Shown one piece after another: positions 48,322-59,682 of a stretch of 64,000 nucleotides of DNA (positions are counted from its first letter, which is position 1; each line of letters begins with the position of its first letter). A program made the position numbers and the translations under genes. A model generated the notes under the pieces. It was not told the DNA's origin. It saw only the letters and a program-made list of their open reading frames with translations, and searched no databases. Source of the DNA: a virus. The stretch spans positions 1 through 64,000 of the IMG/VR virus record IMGVR_UViG_3300034106_006471; one strand, written 5' to 3'.

Positions 48322-51300
48322 ATGAGCGTATCTCACTCTTGTACATTTTACGATAGATTTTTTTTAGAAGACTTACAACCATATTCTATCATTAGTGAAA
48401 ATTCAGATTATTATATTAAATATGATAATCAATTATCTAGAAAACCAATAACTATAAATCTACACAATATCGATCTAGCTCCGGCTCAATTAGATAATAA
48501 TATTTGGCAACCGATAATAGTAGATTTACCAACAGTAGAATCTTCTAGAGCGGTTTCTAGTAAATATATATTTGGTAGAGGTTCTAGCAATTCTCCTAAT
48601 CTAGGCATAGAAAATGTTTTATTTTTTGAACCACAATTACAAAATTGGACTATTAATGGTTCCGTTACTATGTCTACAGATTGGATACTAACATCGGTAC
48701 TCACACCCTTTCTTGCTCAATATGGTATATTGTGTTGGTCAAAACCTTCTTTTAATTATTCCTCAAATAGTAATTCTTTAGATAAAATTCCTTATAATAC
48801 TGTTGTATATTCTCAACAATCATGGTCATATACTATTGATAATCAAACCATATCAATAGGCCCTGGTACTAAATTACTAAAAAAAACAGATAATGTTTTA
48901 TTGATTCTAGATAATGACAAAGTTATTAATAATAGCTCAAATATATTTCCAAATACTCAAAATAAATATTTTATATTGGACGATTTAATTCGATATGGTA
49001 ATTCTTCTAGCACATTAACTAGAGATAGTATTTTATTTTCTTTAGATAATACCACTAATTCATATATCACACATATTTCTATGGGAGAAGCTTATTCCTA
49101 CTTCGATTCTGAAGGATCAAAAATCATAGATTTACAAAATGGGGTTTATTCAAAAACCTATTTATCGCCAGTATTAAATAATATTTATAGAGAAATTTAT
49201 CATCATTTAACCTTACGCTATCCCAAAAAAATTAATACTGATACAAAATTACCACAACCTTTATTTACAAGAAAACAAGGAAGAAGGTTTAAAAAGCTAT
49301 GTTATTTTTTAGCAACTCATCCTCAAATAGATAGAACAACAGTTTCTATTCTACAACATCCGGGGATATATGATATAGTAAATGAATATATTAATAATTC
49401 TGCTGTTAGCATTAGTATATCGGATGAGATAAATGAAATAAAAAATACTTTAAGTCAGATTGGAAACTATTTCAAAGATATATTAATTGATGATACTATC
49501 TATTATGATAAAACATATTTACCAAAAAAACTTATAGAAAAATATGGAACAAAATTAAGATTTACCGGAGATGCGTCATTAATATATAATGCGCCATTAC
49601 CTAATGGACCTCATGTTAAAGTATCTTCTGATATTAGATCTTTGGTAGATAAAAATATTACAAATTCAGTAGTATATAATAATACTAAAATAAATGTTGG
49701 TCTATTTATTGCTGAAACAATTATTACTAATGATAATTCACAACTCAAATTAAGTAGTACGCTTTCAGAAAATAATGATTCTAATATAATTCCTTTATGG
49801 GATATTTCTAAAAAAGAATTAATAAATGCTGAGCTTAAATTTAGTCTTGGTCCTGATATCACTGTGAATTTTAATAATCCTAGACCAGGAGAAGGTTTTG
49901 ATGTTATAAAAAAAACTTTTACTAAAAGAATATCAGAAGAACTAACTGATACAATAGAAGAACTAACTATTACATTAAGAAATGCAAAATTTAGTATTGA
50001 TCCGCAACTATCTGTACTGAGAGATACTGATATTTCTTTTGCCTGGTCCGTTTTACAAGGATCCAGGTGTTTAAAATTTAGCGATAGTAGCGCTTTTAAT
50101 CCAGCAGATGGTTTAGAAGCTGCTGGAGAGGAAGTTAGGTTTAATACTAGTCAGGACGAATCACCAAATATATACATACAATCTCCGGGCAAATATATAG
50201 TTCAGTGTGTTTTAACAACACAATATGGTGTTTTTGCTGATACTCTTATTATATATGTTACTGGCAGCAATTCGGATGTTTCATATAATAAACCAACAAC
50301 TGAACCTGTTAGATCAATTAGAAATATAAATCTGATACCAGAAGATAGAAATGCTACTATGGTAGCAAACATAAAAGAATTTGCTATTGGTAAACAGGGA
50401 ATTTTTTGGCCAATATATAGCGATCTGAATATTTTAACACCAAAAATAGGCAGACTTAGATTAGCTAGAGTACCAACTGTTCAGCCTTTTGGTTTTATGT
50501 CAGATAAATATTTAATTCCATTTAATCAAGATGATCCAGAATATATCTCGCAGATAGAGACTCAGGATCATTATTTTTCATTTTCTTTTAAATGTAATAA
50601 TACTATTATTGAGATAGGAAAAATTGCTTTAACTAATTTATATAGCGATAATTATCCTAATTGTCAATCCCTTTATAAAGAAGCTATAGACTACGAGGGT
50701 GTGGATGTAGAATTAGGACAGACCAAAGTTATAATAGATCCTATATCTGGAAATCAAGTTGAGATAAGACGAGCACGAAATAACGTAGCTGTTAAAAATC
50801 TAAACCTAGACAGTCCTCCAGCATCAGGATTGTCTGAAATTATATTAAATAGCTCTGAATCTTTAAATTTTCCAGATTATACATATAATGGAGATATATA
50901 TTCATTATATGCTGGTGAAGGGTTGAGCACCTCTTCTGTGCCGGTTGTTTGTTATGAACATATTCCTAATTCTACCAAATTAACTGAACTGAATAATTCT
51001 ATTACTGTTAATATGAAAAAGGGTTATTTTCATCCTCATTCTGGTTGGTTGGACCAATCCCTTATTGCTACTAATTCTAATCTTAATAATAGAACATCTA
51101 TTATGATAGGAGATAGTTCTAAAAGATATCACAAAACATTTAGAGGTTTAGGATTTAGTGAATTATCTAATGATTTTTCAGACGAAAACGTAAAGATATA
51201 TAGTAGTAGCATTGTTTTGTCAATGGCTGGTGAAGCCCACGATTATGTTACCAAAGAGGGGGTTGATAATAGAGCTCGTAAAAAAGAACACGAAAAAAAA

Positions 51301-54300
51301 GAAGCAAATGATCATATTAGTCTCTATGGATATAGAGATCTTAATTCCTTACCTACACATGTTTATAGATATAACGATGAATATATGCAGTCTGTCAGCT
51401 CTTTTGGTGAAACATCTACATCTGTAAGTCCACTAGAATATTGTAAATATGCTGATCCACTATCTATCGATTCCGAACAAAACGTAACAATGGTTTATGC
51501 ATATCCTAAACCAGGCCCAATCAAAGCTGTTAATGGAGATATCTTTAGAGAAGAAAGATTTGATAGAACATATGGTAGAAATCTTGGAGATCTTTCTGTT
51601 GATTTAAGATTTTTAAATTATATAAACCCTAAAGAATTAGTAGTGTGGCTAGAAATTAACCCCTGCACAGAAGTAGCTGCTAGGACGAATCCGGATCCAG
51701 AGCAAAGAAAAGCTCCTGCCGATCCTTATGATTTTAATGGTAAAACAATAGCATTGGCTCAGGATTGGATTGATAGCCTATTAAATATTGAAACTAAAAA
51801 TTATTTTCAAAAATTATTAAATTTAAATAAAAATACAAAAATAAATAAGACAAGATTTAATCCTACTTATTATTTATATTTATTAAATCAGGATTATATA
51901 AATTTTTCTAATTTTAATAATATTATTAAATTTACAGACCACACTCAAAATACTAATAATTTAAATATATCAAAATACATTAATAATGACATAGAATATG
52001 CTCGACCAAGAAATTCAATAATAGAATTAAAACCAACAATATCAGCACCAGACGCCAGCGATATAGATGTAAGTAAATATTATCAGATTATAAAAACCAA
52101 TAATTTACAACCCCATATTAGATGCGATTTTAGTAAATTTAGTGGATTACCATTATTTAAACCATATGTTGATCCACAATCAGCTCCATCACCTCCTGAA
52201 AATAGCTCAAGTACCACATTCACTTTAAAAATTGCAATTGTATCAGAATCTGACGATGGAAAATCATATGATAGATTATTTACTACAGACAATAATTTGG
52301 GGTTAAACGATATTACTAATAAATCTTTATCAAATATTACAAGTAATAGTTTGTGTTCTTGGGATTTAAATATTAGTAACGGTTCTAGTAATTTAAATTT
52401 TGACGATAAAGACGCTCTTGGAAAAATTGATTATACGAACAATCCGCCTATATGGGAAGGATATAATTTTATTAGTCAAATTCCATCTCATATTATTCCT
52501 CCTATTAATTTAAATGCGCCTAATATATCTGTTGTTGGTCAATCTCAAACCCCATGTTTCTATGCGTCAGAAGCATTAACTGTTCCTAAAGCAACACTAC
52601 TTGATGTTCCGACACTATATACTCCTCCATTCATACCACCTGACTTACCAACGTTTTTAGGAGACTGGAGGAATGTTGGAGCTTATGGTACTGACGTTTA
52701 TGCTTATTTTAATGTTTTGGCTACTCAAAGAAGAAAAGAAGCTTATTATAAAGAAATTTATTTACCTAATTTTGAAAGAAACGGAACTGGTAGACCAGAT
52801 AAAGCATTAGTTAGCATATCTAAAGACAATAAATTATGGTTTAAGTTAGAAGCTGGTATATGTAGGTATAATAACTGTCCAGTATTAAAAAATAAAAAAT
52901 ACTCATATAAACACATTCATTACCAAAATGAATTTGCAGATTTAGCAAAGTTGAATCTGTCCAACATTGAAAATATTTTTGAATTAATAAAATCAAAAGA
53001 AATAATTACTATAAATTCAGAAATTGTATCAGAATATAATTTATCTGCTAACGATATATTAAATAATATTTTTCAACATAAAAATAATGCATTAGTAGAA
53101 TTAGTAAAACAAAAACTATCAAGTCTAAAAATAAGGATTGATAATCTAAATGAACAAATAAAACAGCAAAATCCACCTCAGCAAACATCTTCAAATGAAC
53201 TACAAGAACTCAATAAATTATATAATCAATATGAAACAATATATTCTAGCATAGGGCCAGAAGGATTACAAGAGGACGATATTATATTGTTAGCATCTTC
53301 GTATTATACTATCACAAGACAAAATTTAGTCAATGATGAAGAAGATGAGACTAGCGACAGTAATTTAATTACACAAGAATTTACCAATAACATTTCTATA
53401 CTATTAAAATATAATAAATTTCTATTAATTAATAATAATTTATTAAATACTACTGAATATCTAACTGGGGCAAGTGTAGGATATCTTGTTACTACTGAAA
53501 GTGTAAGAGCATATTCTATATATAATAAAGATGACTATGTAGAAACTTGTTCACCTAATAATAATTTGACAGAGCGTGATAGACTAAACTTGTCTCGTCT
53601 TAAAGAGCAGTTACAATCATATCAAAACGACCTAGCTAAAGAATTAGCTAAATCTAAAGAAGATCAGTCTAAAGTAAGTATTTCAATTTTTAAAGAACAA
53701 ATCACAGATAAATCCAATGAAATTTTTTCAACAGAGCATATTTTCATCAGGAATAAGATATTAGCTAAGGGAGTTATTTTTGATGGTAAAAACTATAAAA
53801 CACTATTTGTATTAGAACAACCAAATCCAGAGAATTCAATTTTGTTAATAACTCCATCTCAAAACAGATATATAATCTGTGATACAAGCTATATTAACGA
53901 AGTAGACAAGAAATATAATCCTTGGGGGTTTTCTAGTGAACAAATAAAACTAGATGAAGGAATTTCTTTAGACAGCAAAACCATCTTCAATAATGGACTA
54001 TACGGCACAGGCATTGTTCATAATAATCCCAAAATAACATATAGTCCTGATGTAGTAAATTACATTAAAGGTTTTATGCAATATTTACGAGATGAAATAT
54101 TAAATAACCAGGATTTATCTATATCTGGAACCATATTTAAACCAGAGAACGACGATGCTGCTATTAACAATAACGAAGAAAAGAAGATTGATGTGAGTAG
54201 GATTTATTCTTTTGATGTAATTAAAGACTTTGTAGTTAAATATAATAATATTATTTACATAAATCCATCAAACAGCAACTCTGCTATACTCAAAAATATC

Positions 54301-55647
54301 ATGAATTATGATGAATATAATGCATATATTAGAAAGCATAATCTAAAATTTATTTTAGAGGGTTCATTTTCTCCAGGTAAAATTAGCGATCCTGCAATAT
54401 CCGATGAGTGGGATAATGGAAAAATATTTTTAAATAATAATATAATTACTTCTACAATCTATGGACTAAAAGATAAAACTAAATTATCTCTTTTATTTTC
54501 TAGATTATCAGCTATACAGAATAATATTACTAATTTACAAGATCAAATCAAAACAATACAAGACCAGAATACTAATGCTACTAATCCTAATTCAAATTAT
54601 ATAAATGAAATTAATAGTCGCAAACGAGACATTAATAAACTACATACAGAATATAATCAAATTTATTTTTATTTAGACAAACTGAATGTTAATTTTGCTA
54701 CCCAAAGCTTAATCGAACCGGACATTTTACCACATATATCTTTGGATGTTAATCTAAACGGAGAAGTATTAAGCATTCAAGAGGTAGTCAATAACGATTA
54801 TTACATTCTAAATATAGACGCTGAACAGGGGTGTTCTATTGATGATGATTTATCTCCAAAAATCTTATGGAAAATAGTATACTACTGTTTACCAACGATT
54901 AATAATGCTACTCAATATTATGTTGCTCCTCATAGATTTTGTGGAGAAAATCCCAACTTCTTTGCTCCTTTAATGTCTAGACAATTTTCTTTAGGAGATT
55001 TATATAATGTAGATATTAATAAATCTCCTCGTGAAATTACATATGAAATGCCACAAGAAAAGATTTTAGAATTACAACAACAATATAATAATATTAATGG
55101 CTTATTTTGGACAGACTCTGGCGGAAATTATAATGGAAAACTAGTAGAGAGAACATTTATGTTGGGAGGTAATGGTACCACAAAATCCGGCATTGTTAAA
55201 GCAGAGTACCATTATATTATAGCAAATTATAGAGATCCATTATCAAGATCTCCAGAAGGAGATATGAAGAATAAAGTTAAAGATATATTTAATCTAAAAA
55301 ATACTAATGATTTATTTATTAGGTTTAAAATTATACCTCGCAACATTAGAGAATCTGACAGATATCATGATACATATGCTTTTAATCCCGATGGAACCCC
55401 GATAAAAATTGAGCTTCGTAGAACCACAGGAACGGTGGACTCAACATTCAAAACCTGGAAGTGCTATAACTTGAAAACTGGACAAAATATGAACTTGCCT
55501 AAAAATTTTAAATGGGTAAATCTAATGAAATATTTAGCACACTACAATAAATATTTAATTAATAATACAATATTTGATATAAATCATAATTCGATAGATA
55601 TAAAAGTTAGGGATGACCTAGGATTAATACCATATGATTACAAATGA
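48322..55647 (+). CDS. Very large virion structural protein with PKD-like and possible interrupted P-domain-like segments
   Basis: 2441 aa. FAWSVLQG...PNIYIQSPGKYIVQCVLTTQYGVFADTLIIYV is PKD-like. DLSVDLRF...KELVVWL...FTLKI...LCSWDLNI is weakly P-domain-like. Short coiled coils are present. Confidence 0.5.
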   Translation: MSVSHSCTFYDRFFLEDLQPYSIISENSDYYIKYDNQLSRKPITINLHNIDLAPAQLDNNIWQPIIVDLPTVESSRAVSSKYIFGRGSSNSPNLGIENVLFFEPQLQNWTINGSVTMSTDWILTSVLTPFLAQYGILCWSKPSFNYSSNSNSLDKIPYNTVVYSQQSWSYTIDNQTISIGPGTKLLKKTDNVLLILDNDKVINNSSNIFPNTQNKYFILDDLIRYGNSSSTLTRDSILFSLDNTTNSYITHISMGEAYSYFDSEGSKIIDLQNGVYSKTYLSPVLNNIYREIYHHLTLRYPKKINTDTKLPQPLFTRKQGRRFKKLCYFLATHPQIDRTTVSILQHPGIYDIVNEYINNSAVSISISDEINEIKNTLSQIGNYFKDILIDDTIYYDKTYLPKKLIEKYGTKLRFTGDASLIYNAPLPNGPHVKVSSDIRSLVDKNITNSVVYNNTKINVGLFIAETIITNDNSQLKLSSTLSENNDSNIIPLWDISKKELINAELKFSLGPDITVNFNNPRPGEGFDVIKKTFTKRISEELTDTIEELTITLRNAKFSIDPQLSVLRDTDISFAWSVLQGSRCLKFSDSSAFNPADGLEAAGEEVRFNTSQDESPNIYIQSPGKYIVQCVLTTQYGVFADTLIIYVTGSNSDVSYNKPTTEPVRSIRNINLIPEDRNATMVANIKEFAIGKQGIFWPIYSDLNILTPKIGRLRLARVPTVQPFGFMSDKYLIPFNQDDPEYISQIETQDHYFSFSFKCNNTIIEIGKIALTNLYSDNYPNCQSLYKEAIDYEGVDVELGQTKVIIDPISGNQVEIRRARNNVAVKNLNLDSPPASGLSEIILNSSESLNFPDYTYNGDIYSLYAGEGLSTSSVPVVCYEHIPNSTKLTELNNSITVNMKKGYFHPHSGWLDQSLIATNSNLNNRTSIMIGDSSKRYHKTFRGLGFSELSNDFSDENVKIYSSSIVLSMAGEAHDYVTKEGVDNRARKKEHEKKEANDHISLYGYRDLNSLPTHVYRYNDEYMQSVSSFGETSTSVSPLEYCKYADPLSIDSEQNVTMVYAYPKPGPIKAVNGDIFREERFDRTYGRNLGDLSVDLRFLNYINPKELVVWLEINPCTEVAARTNPDPEQRKAPADPYDFNGKTIALAQDWIDSLLNIETKNYFQKLLNLNKNTKINKTRFNPTYYLYLLNQDYINFSNFNNIIKFTDHTQNTNNLNISKYINNDIEYARPRNSIIELKPTISAPDASDIDVSKYYQIIKTNNLQPHIRCDFSKFSGLPLFKPYVDPQSAPSPPENSSSTTFTLKIAIVSESDDGKSYDRLFTTDNNLGLNDITNKSLSNITSNSLCSWDLNISNGSSNLNFDDKDALGKIDYTNNPPIWEGYNFISQIPSHIIPPINLNAPNISVVGQSQTPCFYASEALTVPKATLLDVPTLYTPPFIPPDLPTFLGDWRNVGAYGTDVYAYFNVLATQRRKEAYYKEIYLPNFERNGTGRPDKALVSISKDNKLWFKLEAGICRYNNCPVLKNKKYSYKHIHYQNEFADLAKLNLSNIENIFELIKSKEIITINSEIVSEYNLSANDILNNIFQHKNNALVELVKQKLSSLKIRIDNLNEQIKQQNPPQQTSSNELQELNKLYNQYETIYSSIGPEGLQEDDIILLASSYYTITRQNLVNDEEDETSDSNLITQEFTNNISILLKYNKFLLINNNLLNTTEYLTGASVGYLVTTESVRAYSIYNKDDYVETCSPNNNLTERDRLNLSRLKEQLQSYQNDLAKELAKSKEDQSKVSISIFKEQITDKSNEIFSTEHIFIRNKILAKGVIFDGKNYKTLFVLEQPNPENSILLITPSQNRYIICDTSYINEVDKKYNPWGFSSEQIKLDEGISLDSKTIFNNGLYGTGIVHNNPKITYSPDVVNYIKGFMQYLRDEILNNQDLSISGTIFKPENDDAAINNNEEKKIDVSRIYSFDVIKDFVVKYNNIIYINPSNSNSAILKNIMNYDEYNAYIRKHNLKFILEGSFSPGKISDPAISDEWDNGKIFLNNNIITSTIYGLKDKTKLSLLFSRLSAIQNNITNLQDQIKTIQDQNTNATNPNSNYINEINSRKRDINKLHTEYNQIYFYLDKLNVNFATQSLIEPDILPHISLDVNLNGEVLSIQEVVNNDYYILNIDAEQGCSIDDDLSPKILWKIVYYCLPTINNATQYYVAPHRFCGENPNFFAPLMSRQFSLGDLYNVDINKSPREITYEMPQEKILELQQQYNNINGLFWTDSGGNYNGKLVERTFMLGGNGTTKSGIVKAEYHYIIANYRDPLSRSPEGDMKNKVKDIFNLKNTNDLFIRFKIIPRNIRESDRYHDTYAFNPDGTPIKIELRRTTGTVDSTFKTWKCYNLKTGQNMNLPKNFKWVNLMKYLAHYNKYLINNTIFDINHNSIDIKVRDDLGLIPYDYK

Positions 55648-55996
55648 TATATTCTGTGAATTTAAACTAGTATCTGAGAATCAGTACGTATGCATTAAAT
55701 GTAATACAATAATAGAATCTATAGATAGTATAAATGATATACCGATATTTCCATGTTTAAATCCTTTTGGGGATTCCATTGATTTAGATAAATTAAAATC
55801 TCAAATTTCCATAGAAGAAGACGAAGGTGATTTATGCTCGGATCAAGAAATAGAACATAGATATTCTATATGCTCTTCTTGTGAGTTTTTTCAAAATCAA
55901 TCTTGTTCTAAATGCGGGTGCTTATTGCAAAGAAGCAGAGTTTATATGAATAAGCTGGCTATTAAACAAGAAAAGTGTCCTGAAAAGAAGTGGTAA
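55634..55996 (+). CDS. Small Cys-rich protein, DUF6171-like
   Basis: RYSICSSCEF...CSKCGC...K....EKCPEKKW pattern. Confidence 0.6.
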   Translation: MITNDIFCEFKLVSENQYVCIKCNTIIESIDSINDIPIFPCLNPFGDSIDLDKLKSQISIEEDEGDLCSDQEIEHRYSICSSCEFFQNQSCSKCGCLLQRSRVYMNKLAIKQEKCPEKKW

Positions 55997-56332
55997 TTAC
56001 TCATCTTTCTTTTGATATTTATGCCATCCCTTATTTGGTAGATAATTTCCGTTATCATCTTTTCTCTTTGGAAATAATGTTCCACCTTTTTTATGCTGTC
56101 CAAATGCTAAAACAGCACCGCAATCCATACATCTAAGCTCATAGTAATCATTGCCTTCTACGCTTCTAACAATAAATCTTAAATTTGTGCTTTTGCACAA
56201 ACCGCATTTTTCTTCTCCAAAAATTTCTTGAATAAGAGCAAGTTCTTTAAAAATCTCTTTTTGTCCGCTTCCTTCAAGTTCGAAACTCAATTTATCATTA
56301 GCTTTGTATGTTACTTTCATAATTATTTCCAT
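55997..56332 (-). CDS. Zn-ribbon protein of unknown function
   Basis: CGLC...YYELRCMDCGA. The start may be the ATG at 56320. Confidence 0.6.
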   Translation of the reverse strand: MEIIMKVTYKANDKLSFELEGSGQKEIFKELALIQEIFGEEKCGLCKSTNLRFIVRSVEGNDYYELRCMDCGAVLAFGQHKKGGTLFPKRKDDNGNYLPNKGWHKYQKKDE

Positions 56333-57060
56333 TCATTTGAGTATCCAAATACTTCTGCTGGTATTTCAGAAGGATTGGCTTGGTACTTTGATAACATTCT
56401 TATTATATCAACAGCTTTGTCATGAGTCAAACTATAAATATCTTTAGTTTCGATATTATTTGTTTCTAATAATTTATTGATATTAATATTAAGTCTCTGA
56501 GATATTACATCCATAAAATTAAGTTGATTATTGGTAATTTTATTTACCGTATTAGCATCTGGATGATCGTCGATCTCACTAGCCATTTCTTCAGCGGCGA
56601 CTACTTTTCTAAGTCTTAAAGCTCTTCGCAAAGCTCTGCCTTCTGCTCTTGTTTCGGCCACCGCAACGGGATGATTTCTATAGATTTTATCGCAGTTACC
56701 CCAATAAACGTCTGCGGAGCCATCTACAGTATAGATATTTAAATCATTGGTATCTGACCCCTCAGACTTTAAACCATATGACAATGAATGTATAACCGTT
56801 GCTCTTTTTTCGTTATCTGGACTAGGAGATTGTACAACATTAGATGTTGATGATATTAATTTACAGTTTAGTACAACCTCAAAAATTCTTCTCAACCCAT
56901 CTGTTGTTGGATTTCCTTTAATTCTTTCATCTTCTGATAATAAGCTTAAAACATAGTCGGTCCACTCTAAATCATGAATAGTTGGTACAGATTGAATTTG
57001 GTCACTTTCTGTCTCTATATTTGTTTTGACAACAATTTCTTCTTTTTTGGGTCTTGGCAT
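56323..57060 (-). CDS. Rad52/Sak-like single-strand annealing protein
   Basis: DGLRR...RATVIHSL...DGSADV...HPVAVAETRAEGRALRRAL fits the beta-beta-beta-alpha Rad52-type core ending in AeTrA..RAL. Confidence 0.55.
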   Translation of the reverse strand: MPRPKKEEIVVKTNIETESDQIQSVPTIHDLEWTDYVLSLLSEDERIKGNPTTDGLRRIFEVVLNCKLISSTSNVVQSPSPDNEKRATVIHSLSYGLKSEGSDTNDLNIYTVDGSADVYWGNCDKIYRNHPVAVAETRAEGRALRRALRLRKVVAAEEMASEIDDHPDANTVNKITNNQLNFMDVISQRLNININKLLETNNIETKDIYSLTHDKAVDIIRMLSKYQANPSEIPAEVFGYSNEWK

Positions 57061-57062
57061 AA

Positions 57063-57866
57063 TCAAAAATCCTTAATAGTAATTTTAAAATCGGTAGTTT
57101 TATCGTCTTGTAAAGTACGAATACTGTGTAATAATTTTGAATAAATCAAAGATGCTCTAGTGTTAGAAAAATCTTTCTCTTGCTTAATCCTTATCAATTT
57201 CCAACCTTTTCCTAATATCAACCCCTCCTTTTTTGCATCATATTTTTTATTTCTTTTTAGAGATTCAGAACCCCAAACCGGTTCGAAATGACTAGGACCA
57301 TCAACTTCTATGGCTATATTAGATTCTGGTAAAAAAAGATCAATCTGTAATTTTGTATTGAGTAGTGTTTGTTCTTTATGGAATTGAACTTTGATATTAT
57401 CTTTTATTAAAGCATTTAGTAAATATTTTTCTAATTTGGAACCAGTTTTGCTACTAGCTCTTACAGCATCGTTGGCTTTTTTCAAAATCAATTCTTGATC
57501 ATCAGGATTCATAGATTCCCATCTTTCCCTACTTTGATTTTTTCTTTTTTCTAGTTCGTCGTCAGACATATTGTCCCATGATTTCATAACGGAATTACCT
57601 ATCTTATCCTTAACGCTTTGCGGTCTAGATTTTCCTTTGGTTGGGTGTTTATGAGATCCTGTTTGTATAGCATTTTTTTGAGCTTCGCTTTTGTCTCTAA
57701 TTTTTATACCAAATTTCGTAGCATCTCTTCTAAGCTTATTGGAATATGTATTATATTTTTCTGCTATACTAGCAAAACTTAATTTATTGATTATATATAA
57801 TTTCTCTAGTAATTTTTTTTTGTCTATATCAGATAGATTATTGTACGAATTTACTGAACTGCTCAT
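57063..57866 (-). CDS. Vsr/DUF559-like endonuclease with NUMOD3-like motif (homing-endonuclease-like)
   Basis: SKLEK...IDLFLPESNIAIEVDGPSHF...D..K...GWKLIRI is the Vsr-like core. KGKSRPQSVKDKIG is NUMOD3-like. Likely start MSSSVN at 57866. Confidence 0.7.
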   Translation of the reverse strand: MSSSVNSYNNLSDIDKKKLLEKLYIINKLSFASIAEKYNTYSNKLRRDATKFGIKIRDKSEAQKNAIQTGSHKHPTKGKSRPQSVKDKIGNSVMKSWDNMSDDELEKRKNQSRERWESMNPDDQELILKKANDAVRASSKTGSKLEKYLLNALIKDNIKVQFHKEQTLLNTKLQIDLFLPESNIAIEVDGPSHFEPVWGSESLKRNKKYDAKKEGLILGKGWKLIRIKQEKDFSNTRASLIYSKLLHSIRTLQDDKTTDFKITIKDF

Positions 57867-58293
57867 AATTAATATCCTCACATATGCCGATAGAATTATT
57901 CCATACCATATTATATATCTCATGCAGATAAGTGCTGTTTGCGATCACTTTTAATTTATCGTGTTTCATGATATTTTTCCAGTCAGAATAGTGACTATAT
58001 GATATTTGCCACGGTATATTTTGAGCATAGAAATATAGATTTTTACATTTTATAGATCCTTCTGCTATTAATAGTGACTGTATATCAAATACGACTAAAG
58101 AACCATCAAAATATTTTGAATGACTAAGTGGTAATATTGGTATATTTTTTGTATCTATTTTTTCTGAATATTGATTAAATAGTACTATATGTTGTTTGGG
58201 ATGATTTTTAATATAAGAACCCAAAGTATCGCATAATTTTTCATGGAGCTGTATGTTCTCTAGTGTAATTGCAAAAAATCCAAGATCATTCAT
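57838..58293 (-). CDS. Hypothetical protein, resembles a GT-B N-terminal lobe fragment
   Basis: 151 aa with LYFYAQNIPW and VIANSTYL motifs, in the glycosyltransferase-like cluster. Confidence 0.45.
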   Translation of the reverse strand: MNDLGFFAITLENIQLHEKLCDTLGSYIKNHPKQHIVLFNQYSEKIDTKNIPILPLSHSKYFDGSLVVFDIQSLLIAEGSIKCKNLYFYAQNIPWQISYSHYSDWKNIMKHDKLKVIANSTYLHEIYNMVWNNSIGICEDINYEQFSKFVQ

Positions 58294-59015
58294 ATAAATA
58301 ATTCCTTTAAAAAGCTAGCATAATCTATAATCTCTTCTGAGATCTTTTTATTGATATTGGTATTATAATTTTTTATTTGATCCTGAATACTTTCTTTCGA
58401 ATCTATATTTAGACACTTACAGCCAGCTATGACAGCTTCTCCTAAGTAGCTAGAATTATCCCCATGCAAATAATACTCTGATTCGTATAATATATCTTTT
58501 TTATCATACTCATTGACAAAACCCAGATTCAAAGGGTGTTCGAAATCAATACTGTTAAAAATTTTAATAGGTAAATTAGTTTTTGGATATAAAAGCTCGC
58601 TGATTTTATTTAAAGTTTCAGTATCTTTTTCATAAAAATATACAATTTGATTAGCTTTATTTAAATTAGATTGGGAATATAATTCAGTATTAATTAAATA
58701 TTTAGGCAATTCAATATATTTGACGAAAGTATTCTGTAAAATATCTTTATTAAATAAGCTATCTATTAGAATATAAATCGGTAATCTGTTTCCTATGAAA
58801 CTAATAAAATTATTAATTTCTTCATTTATTATAGAAGAATTAAAAATAAAAATAGAGTTATTAGTTATATCATTACTATAGACATATTTATATATGCTAT
58901 AATTATTTGGAATAATTTTTATATCAAAATGTCTAGATTTTAATATTTCTAAATTTTGATTAAATTTATTACTGAGAAGATACAGATTTATATTTTTTAT
59001 AATATTTTTTTGCAT
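58290..59015 (-). CDS. Divergent glycosyltransferase-like protein
   Basis: NLGFVNEYDKKDILYESEYYL...YLGEAVIAGCKCL resembles the GT-B C-terminal EA..cG motif. Confidence 0.5.
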   Translation of the reverse strand: MQKNIIKNINLYLLSNKFNQNLEILKSRHFDIKIIPNNYSIYKYVYSNDITNNSIFIFNSSIINEEINNFISFIGNRLPIYILIDSLFNKDILQNTFVKYIELPKYLINTELYSQSNLNKANQIVYFYEKDTETLNKISELLYPKTNLPIKIFNSIDFEHPLNLGFVNEYDKKDILYESEYYLHGDNSSYLGEAVIAGCKCLNIDSKESIQDQIKNYNTNINKKISEEIIDYASFLKELFI

Positions 59016-59682
59016 ATGCTAAATCTTTTAAAGAATTAATTTTTATGGGACACATATCTTGAGATTGTAGTTGAATAAATTGTAATTTATCATTCGCTGA
59101 CTTTATATGATTAATTAATTCAAATAAAAATAACTTTGATAAAGATTGTATATTTTTTGCCTCACATAAGAAATTAGTATCTTGCTTTTCTAAAAAAAGC
59201 AGCTCAACCCACTTATAGTAAAGATCATAAAATAAATATCCATCTTTCTCTATATTATTACTACCAATATCAAAATAGTTTCTACGATTTTTATTATCTA
59301 TAAAATATGTACAAGAATGATTTTGTAGTTTAATTTTCTCGAAAAGCAATAACCCATTAGTTAATACTAAGGTATTGTTAGGATTAAATTCTTTAAGACA
59401 CTTGATCAATGATCCTGCTTGATTATCATTAGTATAATTATCATTACAATAATATTGTATATTTTTATATTTTTTAGTTTTTTGTGTAATTTTTTCATGA
59501 TCAAAACCAGTACATAAAATAATCTCTATAGGATTATAATTTTTTTTTAGATATTGAATCTGATGATCTATGACTGTTATATTATCCTCAATAGGCAACA
59601 AGCTTTTGGATCCAATAGATTTCATACCCTTTGTTATTTCTGATACTAATATTATGGCTGTTTCTGGTTTAGTATATTTCAT
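58969..59682 (-). CDS. Nucleotidyltransferase-like protein (NTP_transferase / LicC-like)
   Basis: AIILVS...GMKSIGSKSLLPI...IDHQI...IILCTGF...N..Y...NQAGSL. The canonical AAG.G.R loop is divergent. Confidence 0.65.
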   Translation of the reverse strand: MKYTKPETAIILVSEITKGMKSIGSKSLLPIEDNITVIDHQIQYLKKNYNPIEIILCTGFDHEKITQKTKKYKNIQYYCNDNYTNDNQAGSLIKCLKEFNPNNTLVLTNGLLLFEKIKLQNHSCTYFIDNKNRRNYFDIGSNNIEKDGYLFYDLYYKWVELLFLEKQDTNFLCEAKNIQSLSKLFLFELINHIKSANDKLQFIQLQSQDMCPIKINSLKDLAYAKKYYKKYKSVSSQ

